Shown piece after piece: positions 1 to 7,934 of a stretch of 28,130 nt of DNA. Position numbers and translations under genes: made by a program. Under the pieces are notes generated by a model that had not been told where the DNA came from, did not search any database, and was given only the letters and a program-made list of their open reading frames with translations. Numbering within the stretch: the stretch's first letter is position 1; every line of letters begins with the position of its first letter. The DNA is from a virus. Lineage: Duplodnaviria; Caudoviricetes. The stretch covers positions 1-28,130 of the IMG/VR virus record IMGVR_UViG_3300022879_000177. One strand, 5' to 3'.

Positions 1-109
1 TGAGCATCTGCGCACAGGATCGTTAAGCGTTTCCCAGCCATAAAACCGTGCAGTGGGCTGGCGTGAATTGAGCGATCTATGATCAGGAAATCACAGGAGG
101 GTGGCATTC

Positions 110-430
110 ATGAAGCTGCGGATTAGTTTAGCACTCATCACCGCCCTCAGTGGTTGTGGTACCGTCCGAACGCTCTCGGACGAGTCGAAAGCCGTGGATG
201 AATTGGCGAAATGGCACACGCATTGCCACACGATGCCCCGAGCATACAGCGGCGTTGCTTATCAATTCTGTAATCTCAACGGCCCGCCACGATCGGGGGC
301 GCACTGGGCGCCGTTTCCTATCATGTTGGATATGGCTGCGTCAGGGATTGCTGATACCATTATTCTTCCCTACACCGGCTATCAGCAGTACCAACGCGGG
401 AATGTGCCGATTCGCAGGCTGGAGTATTGA
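110..430 (+). CDS. YceK/YidQ-family (DUF1375-like) lipoprotein
   Basis: AGGAGG at 95-100; lipobox LSGC followed by GT; YSGV and D...S...DT..LPY motifs typical of the family. Confidence 0.75.
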   Translation: MKLRISLALITALSGCGTVRTLSDESKAVDELAKWHTHCHTMPRAYSGVAYQFCNLNGPPRSGAHWAPFPIMLDMAASGIADTIILPYTGYQQYQRGNVPIRRLEY

Positions 431-520
431 GTGGGCACCCCGACCTCTGTCCTCGGCGCACCAATGCAACTGCCGCCTCAACTACCGAGATAGTTTACCT
501 ACTGGGTCAAGGAGACCTGC

Positions 521-973
521 ATGAATGAGTGGGCTAGCAACCCTCAATGGTGGATCAGCACCACCGTCGCAGCGGTAATAGGCGTTATGATTCCAAAAAT
601 TTATCGAGGTCTTGGGGCTTGGCTTCTGTCCGGCGCAAAAGGCAAGCTTTTGAAAGGCTTGAGGCATCAAAAATACAAAAGACTCAAGAAGATTAAATCC
701 AAGCGTTTCGATAGCGTCGCAATTAATCGTGAAATTACGTTGAACTATGCGCTCTTTGTGGTCTTCGCGTCTACAGCTATAGGTACCCTAGCTGCAGTTA
801 TCAACCTCCCCTTTGGCTCACACTTGAGCCACACGTTGACTATCGCCATTAGTCTTTTAATGGCGCTTCCGGCGTTGGCATTTGAGGTAGCCTGGCTTAC
901 TGTATCTTCAAGAGTTGACGATTTGCTAAAGTATCGGAAACGCATCAAGCGGGTGCATCGAGGGCTTTATTGA
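521..973 (+). CDS. hypothetical membrane protein (about 3 TM segments)
   Basis: AAGGAG RBS; 150-aa ORF with hydrophobic stretches separated by Lys/Arg-rich loops; AT-rich. Confidence 0.65.
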   Translation: MNEWASNPQWWISTTVAAVIGVMIPKIYRGLGAWLLSGAKGKLLKGLRHQKYKRLKKIKSKRFDSVAINREITLNYALFVVFASTAIGTLAAVINLPFGSHLSHTLTIAISLLMALPALAFEVAWLTVSSRVDDLLKYRKRIKRVHRGLY

Positions 974-1053
974 TAGCTCATTGCAGCGCAATCCTACCTC
1001 ACCTTTGAATATCTTGGCGACATCAAGGATGACAGCATGATGGAGAATTCAAA

Positions 1054-1209
1054 CTAGATTCTGTATGAAAAGAGATGTCGCAAACGCCGCATTGAACAAA
1101 TCAGCGAGCCCCGAGCGGCATAGCCTTTCGCGAGCTCGTTGAAACGTGTCACGATCCGGCGTTTTTCTTTCAGCCACCCAAACATGCACTCGATGATGTT
1201 GCGCTGTCG
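1054..1209 (-). pseudogene. IS5-family transposase, degenerate C-terminal fragment
   Basis: Minus strand reads RQRNIIECMFGWLKEKRRIVTRFNELAKGYAA...MRRLRHLFSYRI*, matching the IS5 R-N-x-I-E-R-x-F-x-x-L-K-x-x-R-R-I-x-T-R-F-D-K-L-A signature; the stop lies in CTAG. Confidence 0.8.
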
Positions 1210-1318
1210 TCTGAATGAGCCTGAGATGGGCTGAAATTCCGACTCGAACTCCTGCCACTACCCCCTCCCAAGCCAAATAATCCCCCTGCCGCATCCGGCC
1301 ACGGAGGGCAGCACTGGG

Positions 1319-1519
1319 TCACCATCTTCCTGCGAGGAAGAACATACCTCCAGCAACGCCGGTGATGAAAACGCCGTCCCATATATCGCCGCAAGTAGCG
1401 TTACCTGACAAGTACGCTTCGACCTGAGCAGCCAAAAAGAAGATCGCGATCAACAGAGCCACGCCCATGATGCGCCGCTGAACCTTAAACCTGGCCTTTT
1501 CAGTTCCGAACCACAGCAT
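1319..1519 (-). CDS. small two-TM hypothetical protein
   Basis: AAAGGAGG RBS upstream; 66 aa with two hydrophobic segments. Confidence 0.65.
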   Translation of the reverse strand: MLWFGTEKARFKVQRRIMGVALLIAIFFLAAQVEAYLSGNATCGDIWDGVFITGVAGGMFFLAGRW

Positions 1520-1608
1520 GCAATCCTCCTTTCATGATTCATCCTTGGACCCAAGATACCCCGCGCTTTCACTCGGGTCACGGAGCGCGCGCATACATGG
1601 AAAAGATC

Positions 1609-1910
1609 ATGAGCAACTACATCGGCGTCATCCTCGATAGCGACCCGCATCGGCGTATTCACAGCGACCCCACCAGGAATGTGCAGTGCGGCGAGGTGGC
1701 TGAGATGCTCCCGCTCAAGCAGTGGGAAGTCCTCACCAACGGCACGTACGACAGGGATGAAGTTCAGTACATGCTGGGCGATGCGCGCCATTACGTGCAG
1801 CGTGCTGGGCAGCCACACACAGCCAGGCAAAGTACCGGGCCTACGAAGAACTGACCACGTGCTTCAACAACGATGCGACAGCCATGCTGATCTTCAAGAT
1901 TTGCCCTGCC
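1609..1910 (+). pseudogene. decayed paralog of the phage gene at 19480-19863
   Basis: MSN is joined directly to YIGVILDSDP (35 codons of the paralog absent); LPLK motif; a frameshifted tail SQAKYRAYE matches SQAKYKAYE. Confidence 0.75.
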
Positions 1911-1932
1911 GCATGGTCGCTGCCCGCTCTAG

Positions 1933-1960
1933 CGAGGTGGCACCTATTGATGCCACCTCG
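1933..1960. terminator. strong stem-loop downstream of the small ORF 1988-2071
   Basis: CGAGGTGGCA-8 nt-TGCCACCTCG perfect 10-bp inverted repeat; no clear U-tract. Confidence 0.45.
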
Positions 1961-1987
1961 GCTTCGGCCTCCTGTTTGCTTGACGAT

Positions 1988-2071
1988 TTAAGTATTCAAG
2001 TACCGAAGCATTTCGGTCATCAGTTCGATAACCACTGTAACCAGTTGCAACCAGCAAATCTGTCTTACCAT
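1988..2071 (-). CDS. 27-aa amphipathic peptide, candidate type I toxin
   Basis: AGAGGAG RBS; MVRQICWLQLVTVVIELMTEMLRYLNT*; RBS lies inside a hairpin (2078-2102). Confidence 0.5.
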   Translation of the reverse strand: MVRQICWLQLVTVVIELMTEMLRYLNT

Positions 2072-2411
2072 CTGAAACTCCTCTTGGGCGACCCTAAAGG
2101 AGATGTGCAACACCGCTCGATAAGACGCGAGACATGGGCTGCGTCAGCGGACGTTGGATAACCCTACGGCGCTGCCCGCCAGCGCCTTACCTTCAAAAAG
2201 GAAAACGCGACCTTGAGTTAAACGGCATCGTGGGAATGGCAATGGGTCCGGCACCCGACATCGACCACTCATGCCGATCCGGCATACGACCTGCGTCGAT
2301 CTACCTGCCCCCCCCCGAATAAATCGATGTCACCACCGCCTATCACCCCGTTGGCACTCTGTACCCTCGCCAGCGCCCTAATGGATGTACCCCTATAACG
2401 GGAGACTCCTT

Positions 2412-2777
2412 ATGAAACTGATTCGACTCCAAACCTTGCTGATAGCCATGTGCGTCGGCATTGGGTCCCCACTCGCGTTAGCGGCAAGCAGCATGAACGA
2501 CAACAACAGCGTGGGCTCACCAGGAACGCCGGGCGCTGATAGTGGGAGCAGCCCCAAGGGCGGCGGAGCAAGCGGCTCTGGAACGCACGGGGACAGCCTT
2601 GGCACAGGAAATAGTACCGGGAGCAACGGCACTGACAATACCGGGGGAGATGGCACCAACAAGAACGGTCAATCCAGCGGGTCGGATGGCAAGCCTGGCC
2701 CAGGTAGTAGCACCGGTGGAAGCGGAACCGGTAGTAGTGGGGCAGGAGGCGGCACAGGAGGCAGTGGTGGCAGTTGA
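2412..2777 (+). CDS. secreted Gly/Ser/Thr-rich low-complexity protein
   Basis: GGAG RBS; signal peptide ending ALA-A; mature part almost entirely G/S/T/N/D. Confidence 0.7.
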   Translation: MKLIRLQTLLIAMCVGIGSPLALAASSMNDNNSVGSPGTPGADSGSSPKGGGASGSGTHGDSLGTGNSTGSNGTDNTGGDGTNKNGQSSGSDGKPGPGSSTGGSGTGSSGAGGGTGGSGGS

Positions 2778-2879
2778 TATGGCTGCGGAGCACCTTCAGT
2801 GATAACGGTAGAGATGGGCGAACGGGCTCCACTGCCCCTTGAAGCGAAACGAGAAGCCGAACGCCGCAGTCTGCTCTGA

Positions 2880-3092
2880 AAGCGACCAAGGCCCGGGCGA
2901 TATACACGGCAGGAACCCCTCGGCGTTGACCCTGAGCTTGCCCGGGAATGGCTCGACCCGAGTGGATCACCGGAGCGGGCTTCGTCAATCCTGAAACAGG
3001 GGTTCATGCCGGCAGCGGATTTCCGTTGGTATCCAGTAGATAAGCCGGTGAGTGAGGTCAGGAATGAGGGAGAATCGTGGTTACGCCGATAG
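2880..3092 (+). pseudogene. SOS-response-associated peptidase (SRAP) C-terminal remnant
   Basis: GDIHGRNP..L [frameshift] PELAREWLDP...PERA..I...FRWYPVDKPVSEVRNEG resembles SRAP DIHDRxP...EWLDP...WxPVxxxVGNVRNxG. Confidence 0.75.
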
Positions 3093-3155
3093 ACAGCGAA
3101 AACCATCAGGGTCAGCTAGAGTTTTGATGAGTGAAAGCACCGCGAGATAACGATC

Positions 3156-3476
3156 ATGCTAAAACAAGAAGCAGATGACGTAATTGAGCGTATCAGGGAC
3201 GATCTGAAAAGGCACGGCGTGCTCATCGGCTACGATCCAGAGCTGACGCCTGCGGATTTCGGCTGCGACCTGGATCACCACGTTGCTCAGGTCAGAGAGG
3301 ATCCGAACAACCGCGTATTGCGTATATCGATACATGACGAAGGCTTGTGGAACCAGCTCCGGCAGGGGGCCGTGTATCGCTGTATCGTCAGTGAGTGTCA
3401 AGGAAAGCTATTCGGCATTCCCATTACGATAGAACCAAGAACTGATGCGTCCTACACCATTCAGTACAAACTTTAA
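3156..3476 (+). CDS. hypothetical protein
   Basis: 106-aa ORF with globular-protein composition; no recognised motif. Confidence 0.55.
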   Translation: MLKQEADDVIERIRDDLKRHGVLIGYDPELTPADFGCDLDHHVAQVREDPNNRVLRISIHDEGLWNQLRQGAVYRCIVSECQGKLFGIPITIEPRTDASYTIQYKL

Positions 3477-3602
3477 AACGTCAGCAGGGTAGTTTGCCGG
3501 CCATCCTACCCGAGCTGGCGCGATCGGTCCCGGCTGAACCCTCTGCACCTGTTCCGTCGCAGTGAGCTTTGACGTATCGCTTCACCGTGCCTGAGGCGCC
3601 TC

Positions 3603-3653
3603 AAGCAAAGTGGGTGCCGCTGCTGAATGAAGTTGAGATCAGGCGCCAGCCCG
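3603..3653 (+). pseudogene. micro-fragment of a tyrosine integrase
   Basis: Encodes WVPLLNEVEIRRQP, versus WVPVLNELGIRRRP in the integrase at ~27987-28028. Confidence 0.55.
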
Positions 3654-3779
3654 AGTATCTGATCACTTCATTTATAGTGAGGCCGTGAAGGGGTTCGCTC
3701 TTGCGCCGAAAGCCATCCTGTAGCGAAGATGCTGACTGGAGCACATGTGTACTCCAGCCAGCTGTGACTGCTCTCCGCT

Positions 3780-4082
3780 CTATTTCGAGCAGGCCGCGAG
3801 ATGTTCTGTTGCAACCAGGCCCTCGGTGGCGATTCGGCGCGCACGTCCCACGCCCCAAGCCAGTGCCCTGGTCATCGACTCGCCTGGGCGGGAGTCGATG
3901 ACCTCTTCGTGAAGCGCAGCGCCAGCGGGCGCATAGACGCCGATGAACATCTGCGTGTTGCCCGTCCGCGCCAGCCTCACCTGAACATCGATAAACGTGC
4001 CGTCATCGAGCGTTTCGTCGTGCTCTCGGTGGTGGAGTGTGGGATCCGCCCACTGCCAATAAACGTCTCCGCGAATTCGCAT
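3780..4082 (-). CDS. hypothetical prophage protein, paralog of 24051-24350
   Basis: GGAGG RBS before ATG at 4082; MRIRGDVYWQWAD..HDETL.DGTFIDVQVRL.RTG.TQMFIGVY shared with the paralog. Confidence 0.8.
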   Translation of the reverse strand: MRIRGDVYWQWADPTLHHREHDETLDDGTFIDVQVRLARTGNTQMFIGVYAPAGAALHEEVIDSRPGESMTRALAWGVGRARRIATEGLVATEHLAACSK

Positions 4083-4325
4083 GCCGCCTCCTACGACTGA
4101 AGTCATTTCGTGTATGGCCAAAAACCACGATAGCGAAGCGCAGCCGCTGCACAACTGGAAAAGGCCGAACTGCGAACTGAATCGGACCGCCGGCCCAAAA
4201 ACTTCTACACCACCAATAACTTGTACAACTTTTGCCGTGATATAGCGGCCAAGCACGACGTCATGCCTGGAGAAAGTAACTGATTCAGCCGCTAGCCATT
4301 GAGCCTCGTAGAACGAGCGCCGCAA

Positions 4326-4769
4326 GAGCGGACAAAGACCACGCATCACCGGATAATCCTGCTCAATGAGCGGGCGCAACGCCATCAGCTAGGCACGGCG
4401 AATGGCCAACCTGAAGCGCATGGCCTCTAATCTGCTCGCCCCGTCAGTCCGTTCGTGTTCCACCCTCGTAAAGGTGGGCTGTGGATCAACGAGCCAAGTG
4501 TTACAATCCGCCACTTCAAATCAGCGCTCAAGGCGCTGGACATCCGTGAACGCCGTCAGTACGACACCCGCCACACCTACGCAACCATGTGCCTGATGCC
4601 TGGGATGAACCCTGCGTTCATTGCAAATCGGCTTGGCCACAGCGTCGAGATGTTGCTTTCTACCTACGCGAAATGGATCAGCTCCTCCTCGGACTGGAGG
4701 GAGCTGGAGAAGCTGCCGCCCCGCGTCGAATTTGCCCAAAATTGGCCCAAAAATGACGAGAGGGCCTAA
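4326..4769 (+). pseudogene. tyrosine integrase C-terminal remnant
   Basis: ERTKT...LLNERA (frameshifts and a stop) then YDTRHTYATMCLMPGMNPAFIANRLGHSVEMLLSTYAKW; N-terminal half absent. Confidence 0.9.
4731..4753. repeat. putative integrase arm-type sites
   Basis: Tandem TTGCCCAAAA / TTGGCCCAAAA at the integrase 3' end. Confidence 0.45.
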
Positions 4770-4801
4770 ATACACCTCTGGAACCCCCGCAGGACAAGCA
4801 C

Positions 4802-4834
4802 TTGATTTCTACCGCTAACATCACCATGCAGTTT
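4802..4834 (+). other. att core: duplicated 5' end of an ABC-F ATPase gene (ybiT-like)
   Basis: TTG ATT TCT ACC GCT AAC ATC ACC ATG CAG TTT = (M)ISTANITMQF, the N-terminus of YbiT-type ABC-F proteins; continues into unrelated sequence and stops after a few codons. Confidence 0.75.
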
Positions 4835-4913
4835 TTTAGTGGTGTTGGCCGGTGGTAAAGGGTTGATTTCATTGGGCTCAGCCCCCCTCCGCTCCCCCTC
4901 AATCCCCCATCAG

Positions 4914-4932
4914 TGGTATCAAAATTGGTATC
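4914..4932. repeat. putative integrase arm-type sites of the right-hand element
   Basis: TGGTATC-AAAAT-TGGTATC direct repeat ~80 bp from the att core. Confidence 0.5.
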
Positions 4933-4951
4933 GCTTCTTGTACCGCCAACT

Positions 4952-5077
4952 GTCCGCTATCGACCCATAGCTGCCTCTCGCGAAGGGCAGCAATCGGCCA
5001 ATAGCAGCCGTTGGTGGGCGGCTGCTGTCGACCCATCGCTGCCTGTCAGCACAGGCAGAAATCGGCCACAAGTTGAC
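4952..5077. repeat. cluster A: four 24-bp quasi-palindromic units, 34-bp period
   Basis: Units start at 4952, 4986, 5020 and 5054; central hexamers CGACCC, CGGCCA, CGACCC, CGGCCA. Confidence 0.9.
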
Positions 5078-5135
5078 GTTCGTTCAAGACGGCTCAGAGG
5101 AAAAAATATTCGCCCCTTGCTCGGAGCGAGCTTAT

Positions 5136-6056
5136 TTAGCGCCACCGACCTTTTGCGGTGAAGTTAATCTGGCCAGAGCCGGGGTCCATATGCATCATGA
5201 TTTCTTGAGGGGGCTCAATAAACACGCTAGGAAAACCCCACTGAATGGGCGGCTGGATAACGTCACCACTAGCACTTACAAAAGCAACTCGCATTCCACT
5301 TCTGCTTTTCATCAATTTTGAATAGTTGCCATCTGAACTCTTGCCGCCATGCACCAATCTTTCCTCAGGGAATCCCTCAAGATACTCCAGATATTTAATA
5401 AAATTATTTTGCTTCGCTACATCCCCTGCCAGATACTTAATAGAGGCGTCTATGCTTTGTTTGTCGCAGAAAAATGTATAGTTAATGCACCAGAGGTCTT
5501 TGGTTATTTCATTTTTCAGAGGGACTGACCATTTAACCAGCGGCAACGACCTTGAAGGCATTACTCCATCACTTTCAGCTTCACCCCCAAACAAAGAGGA
5601 AAGAACTGTGGATTTAGCCTCATCAAATATTACGCAGACCGGAGCGTTGATTTTAGGCTCGAATTTAGCCAGTTCATTAAACTCTTTGCTTAAAAATATG
5701 CTTCTTTGCTCGTCAAATATAATATCGCCTTGACTAACGCATCCGCGAAACATGAAGTTGCTGGCCACGCCCAACTCCAAAAACAAATGAATAGATCCTA
5801 TGAAATTGTTAACAGATGCAATATTTTCGATATCGTGGGACACTAAAAGTATTGAGTCGGAAACGATTTCTGATATTTCGAAGTTGTTGCCTGGACCTTC
5901 ATAGTCGTCAGGCACTCCGAAAAATACTTTGGTTTTTGCTATATCCACAAATTGAGAGTACTTATGGTAGATCTCTTCAATTCCAAAATTCTCAATCATG
6001 GCGGAATAGCCAAGGACATCTAGAAAGCATATCAATCTATTCTTGTAATGTTTCAA
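5136..6056 (-). CDS. class III adenylate/guanylate-cyclase-like domain protein with unknown C-terminal region
   Basis: FLDVLGY, VSDSILL and FRGCVSQG motifs (two metal-binding Asp positions); TTG start after AAGGTG; AT-rich. Confidence 0.65.
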   Translation of the reverse strand: MKHYKNRLICFLDVLGYSAMIENFGIEEIYHKYSQFVDIAKTKVFFGVPDDYEGPGNNFEISEIVSDSILLVSHDIENIASVNNFIGSIHLFLELGVASNFMFRGCVSQGDIIFDEQRSIFLSKEFNELAKFEPKINAPVCVIFDEAKSTVLSSLFGGEAESDGVMPSRSLPLVKWSVPLKNEITKDLWCINYTFFCDKQSIDASIKYLAGDVAKQNNFIKYLEYLEGFPEERLVHGGKSSDGNYSKLMKSRSGMRVAFVSASGDVIQPPIQWGFPSVFIEPPQEIMMHMDPGSGQINFTAKGRWR

Positions 6057-6177
6057 AATACACCTTGAATAAGTTGTTATTTCGAGGACTCATTTCGAGC
6101 ACTTGCATAGATACGCTACCGTTTCGACAGAATGGTGTCCATTGAGCGCTTCTGCGTCACCGCCCTTGGTCCTGACC

Positions 6178-6235
6178 GTCCTCTTTTGGCCGACTCCCGC
6201 CTGTCGTGACCGGCAGAGAGCGGCCAAAAGCAGAC
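6178..6235. repeat. cluster B: two 24-bp units in inverted orientation
   Basis: Units at 6178 (core TGGCCG) and 6212 (core CGGCCA); CTTTTGGCCG pairs with CGGCCAAAAG. Confidence 0.9.
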
Positions 6236-6281
6236 GTTGAGTTTCTTGCCGAGCCTAAACAGCGAGTCGAATCTCTGCGCT

Positions 6282-7115
6282 TCATTGTAAGTTTGCTGGG
6301 CCAAAAGTACCGGTTATTTTCCAAACCGTAGATTGATGCTCTTCAAATTTTCCGCCCAAATCTAATCCGGTGCCCTTTATGGTGGCTTTGAAACCAGCAT
6401 TCAACCCGTAATCATCCGAGTACGTTAGTGACAAATTGAAATTCTTTAATCCGTTGTTTACGCGAGCGGTGGCAACAGCTTGCCAAAGGGCTTCATGACG
6501 GTACCAAGTCAGATTCTCAGGAATTGACGGTGCGTCATGCCCTGTCAGTTTTGCATCAAAAATAATTGCGGAGTTCTCTGCTCCCTTTTTGCCGACGCCG
6601 ACCGATGCAGAATCTCCAGTTGGGGTTGTAACGCCGAGGCCTGCTGAAAATTCTTGATCCCAGCCGCTGACATGCTCAACCTTGATTTCATTAGCGCCAA
6701 GGCTCGATAGAAGCGTTATCACCTCTGCAAACTTATGTTCGAACGCCTGACGGTGAAACGAGCTAGCAGTGTAGTACATCAGAGGATTTGCTGGATGCTG
6801 AGCGTAAACAACATTTTCTCGCGGATGACCTGGCGGAAAAATAAGATTCATTTTCTTAGATTCTGAATAGCTGAGAGTGGTGAGATCAGCCCCTTTATCC
6901 AAAGCCTCCATAATTGTTTTAATTAGATCTACGGCTTGCTTGCCGAGAGTGATGGCAAATGGCTCTCCATAAAAGGAGAACACTGAATTAGCGATCTTCT
7001 GTACGAAAGTTTCTTCAGGCGCTACTTGTGCCATCTGGACTTCGCGCATTGCTTCAGCTGTTTTATCCGGGACCACGACAATCAGTCTATGGCCAATCTC
7101 GTAGCTGTCATCCAT
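6282..7115 (-). CDS. hypothetical protein, beta-rich
   Basis: 277-aa AT-rich ORF; YAQHP..YY, LLSSLGANEIKV and LTWYRHEALWQ blocks; no function recognised. Confidence 0.75.
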   Translation of the reverse strand: MDDSYEIGHRLIVVVPDKTAEAMREVQMAQVAPEETFVQKIANSVFSFYGEPFAITLGKQAVDLIKTIMEALDKGADLTTLSYSESKKMNLIFPPGHPRENVVYAQHPANPLMYYTASSFHRQAFEHKFAEVITLLSSLGANEIKVEHVSGWDQEFSAGLGVTTPTGDSASVGVGKKGAENSAIIFDAKLTGHDAPSIPENLTWYRHEALWQAVATARVNNGLKNFNLSLTYSDDYGLNAGFKATIKGTGLDLGGKFEEHQSTVWKITGTFGPANLQ

Positions 7116-7264
7116 GAGGATTTCGATACTCTAAGTAGATTGATAAATGGTGGTTTTCAGAGCCTACTCGATTTGGAAAGGAACTCCAACTGCGAGCTGG
7201 TTGATCTCTACCTGATCTATTCGCTGGTACGCCTATGACATGGATGACATTTTGAGCCGATGCT

Positions 7265-7322
7265 GTCAGCTTTTGGCCGCGAGCGGTCCTAGGCGAAGGG
7301 CAGCTATGGGTCGATAGCGGCC
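7265..7322. repeat. cluster C: two 24-bp units, inverted relative to cluster A
   Basis: Units at 7265 (TGGCCG) and 7299 (GGGTCG); reverse complement of 7299-7322 matches 4952-4975 at 23/24. Confidence 0.9.
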
Positions 7323-7514
7323 ATTCACTTGCCGCAGGCTTCACGCCGGGTAGCGGTTTTCAAAACCGTGGCATAAACGCCCGATCCATGCGGCGCCAGA
7401 AGCGAAATCGATTCCAAAACAAAGACGAAACGGCACGGCTACAGGCCGCATACTGCAAGGGGCGCCGTTTGGGTTTTGGAATCGATTTAAGCGACTTTCA
7501 CGAGGCTCTTCGTC

Positions 7515-7934
7515 ATGACGCAAAGTGAATTCTTCAAGCGCCTTGGCGCGCCGCTCAAGAACACCCGTTGGTCGTGGGGTGCTCTTCGAACGGGTGGCGC
7601 TCTTGTGCTCAGACTATGAAAAGATCGCACAAGGGAGTTCGACGGGCACTGCTTCGCAATGCTCACACATCACAAAAGATACGCGCATAACCAAGGAAAC
7701 CCCGGATACAAGGAGCGCAATCGTCACGTAGAGGAAATACGTGGCGGAACTTGCTGCTACATGGTCATGTGCCAAGTAGAAGACGTTGCGGCCACCCCCC
7801 GTTAGATACGCAGCTTTGACCAGGAAAACGTCTACCTTGGAGGGACCTTGCGTGAGTTCGAAGGGGACTGGTGGATCGAGATCGTGAAGCCGATCCCCGC
7901 TGCCGAGCTGTTCAGGCCAGTACTGCAGCAGTAG
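7515..7934 (+). pseudogene. hypothetical gene with two in-frame nonsense codons
   Basis: MTQSEFFKRLGAPLKNTRWSWGALR...VLRL*KD...TPR*IRSFD...WWIEI; TGA at 7617-7619, TAG at 7803-7805, frame otherwise intact. Confidence 0.7.

Larger units (their letters stand above)
1280..4834. mobile_element. decayed prophage remnant (early arm plus integrase fragments); left boundary uncertain
   Basis: Colinear paralogous landmarks with 19435-28130; ends in an integrase pseudogene and att core. Confidence 0.7.

Noticed and set aside
1049-1294. 81-aa minus-strand ORF
   Set aside because: It is an off-frame reading of the IS5 transposase remnant.
2393-3106. Pro-rich minus-strand ORFs (also 12812-13180 on +)
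   Set aside because: These are antisense shadows of Gly-rich coding sequence.
3780-4385. 201-aa ORF as listed
   Set aside because: The paralog and RBS place the start at 4082; the extension runs antisense over intergenic DNA and the integrase remnant.
4952-5077. CRISPR array
   Set aside because: Spacers are only 10 bp, units are degenerate and alternate in type, and no cas genes are present.
4952-7322. Canonical integron attC array or REP elements
   Set aside because: No consistent RYYYAAC...GTTRRRY ends (only one GTTGAGT after cluster B), no IntI-type integrase, and no GTAG/GTGG-headed REP hairpins or RAYT gene.
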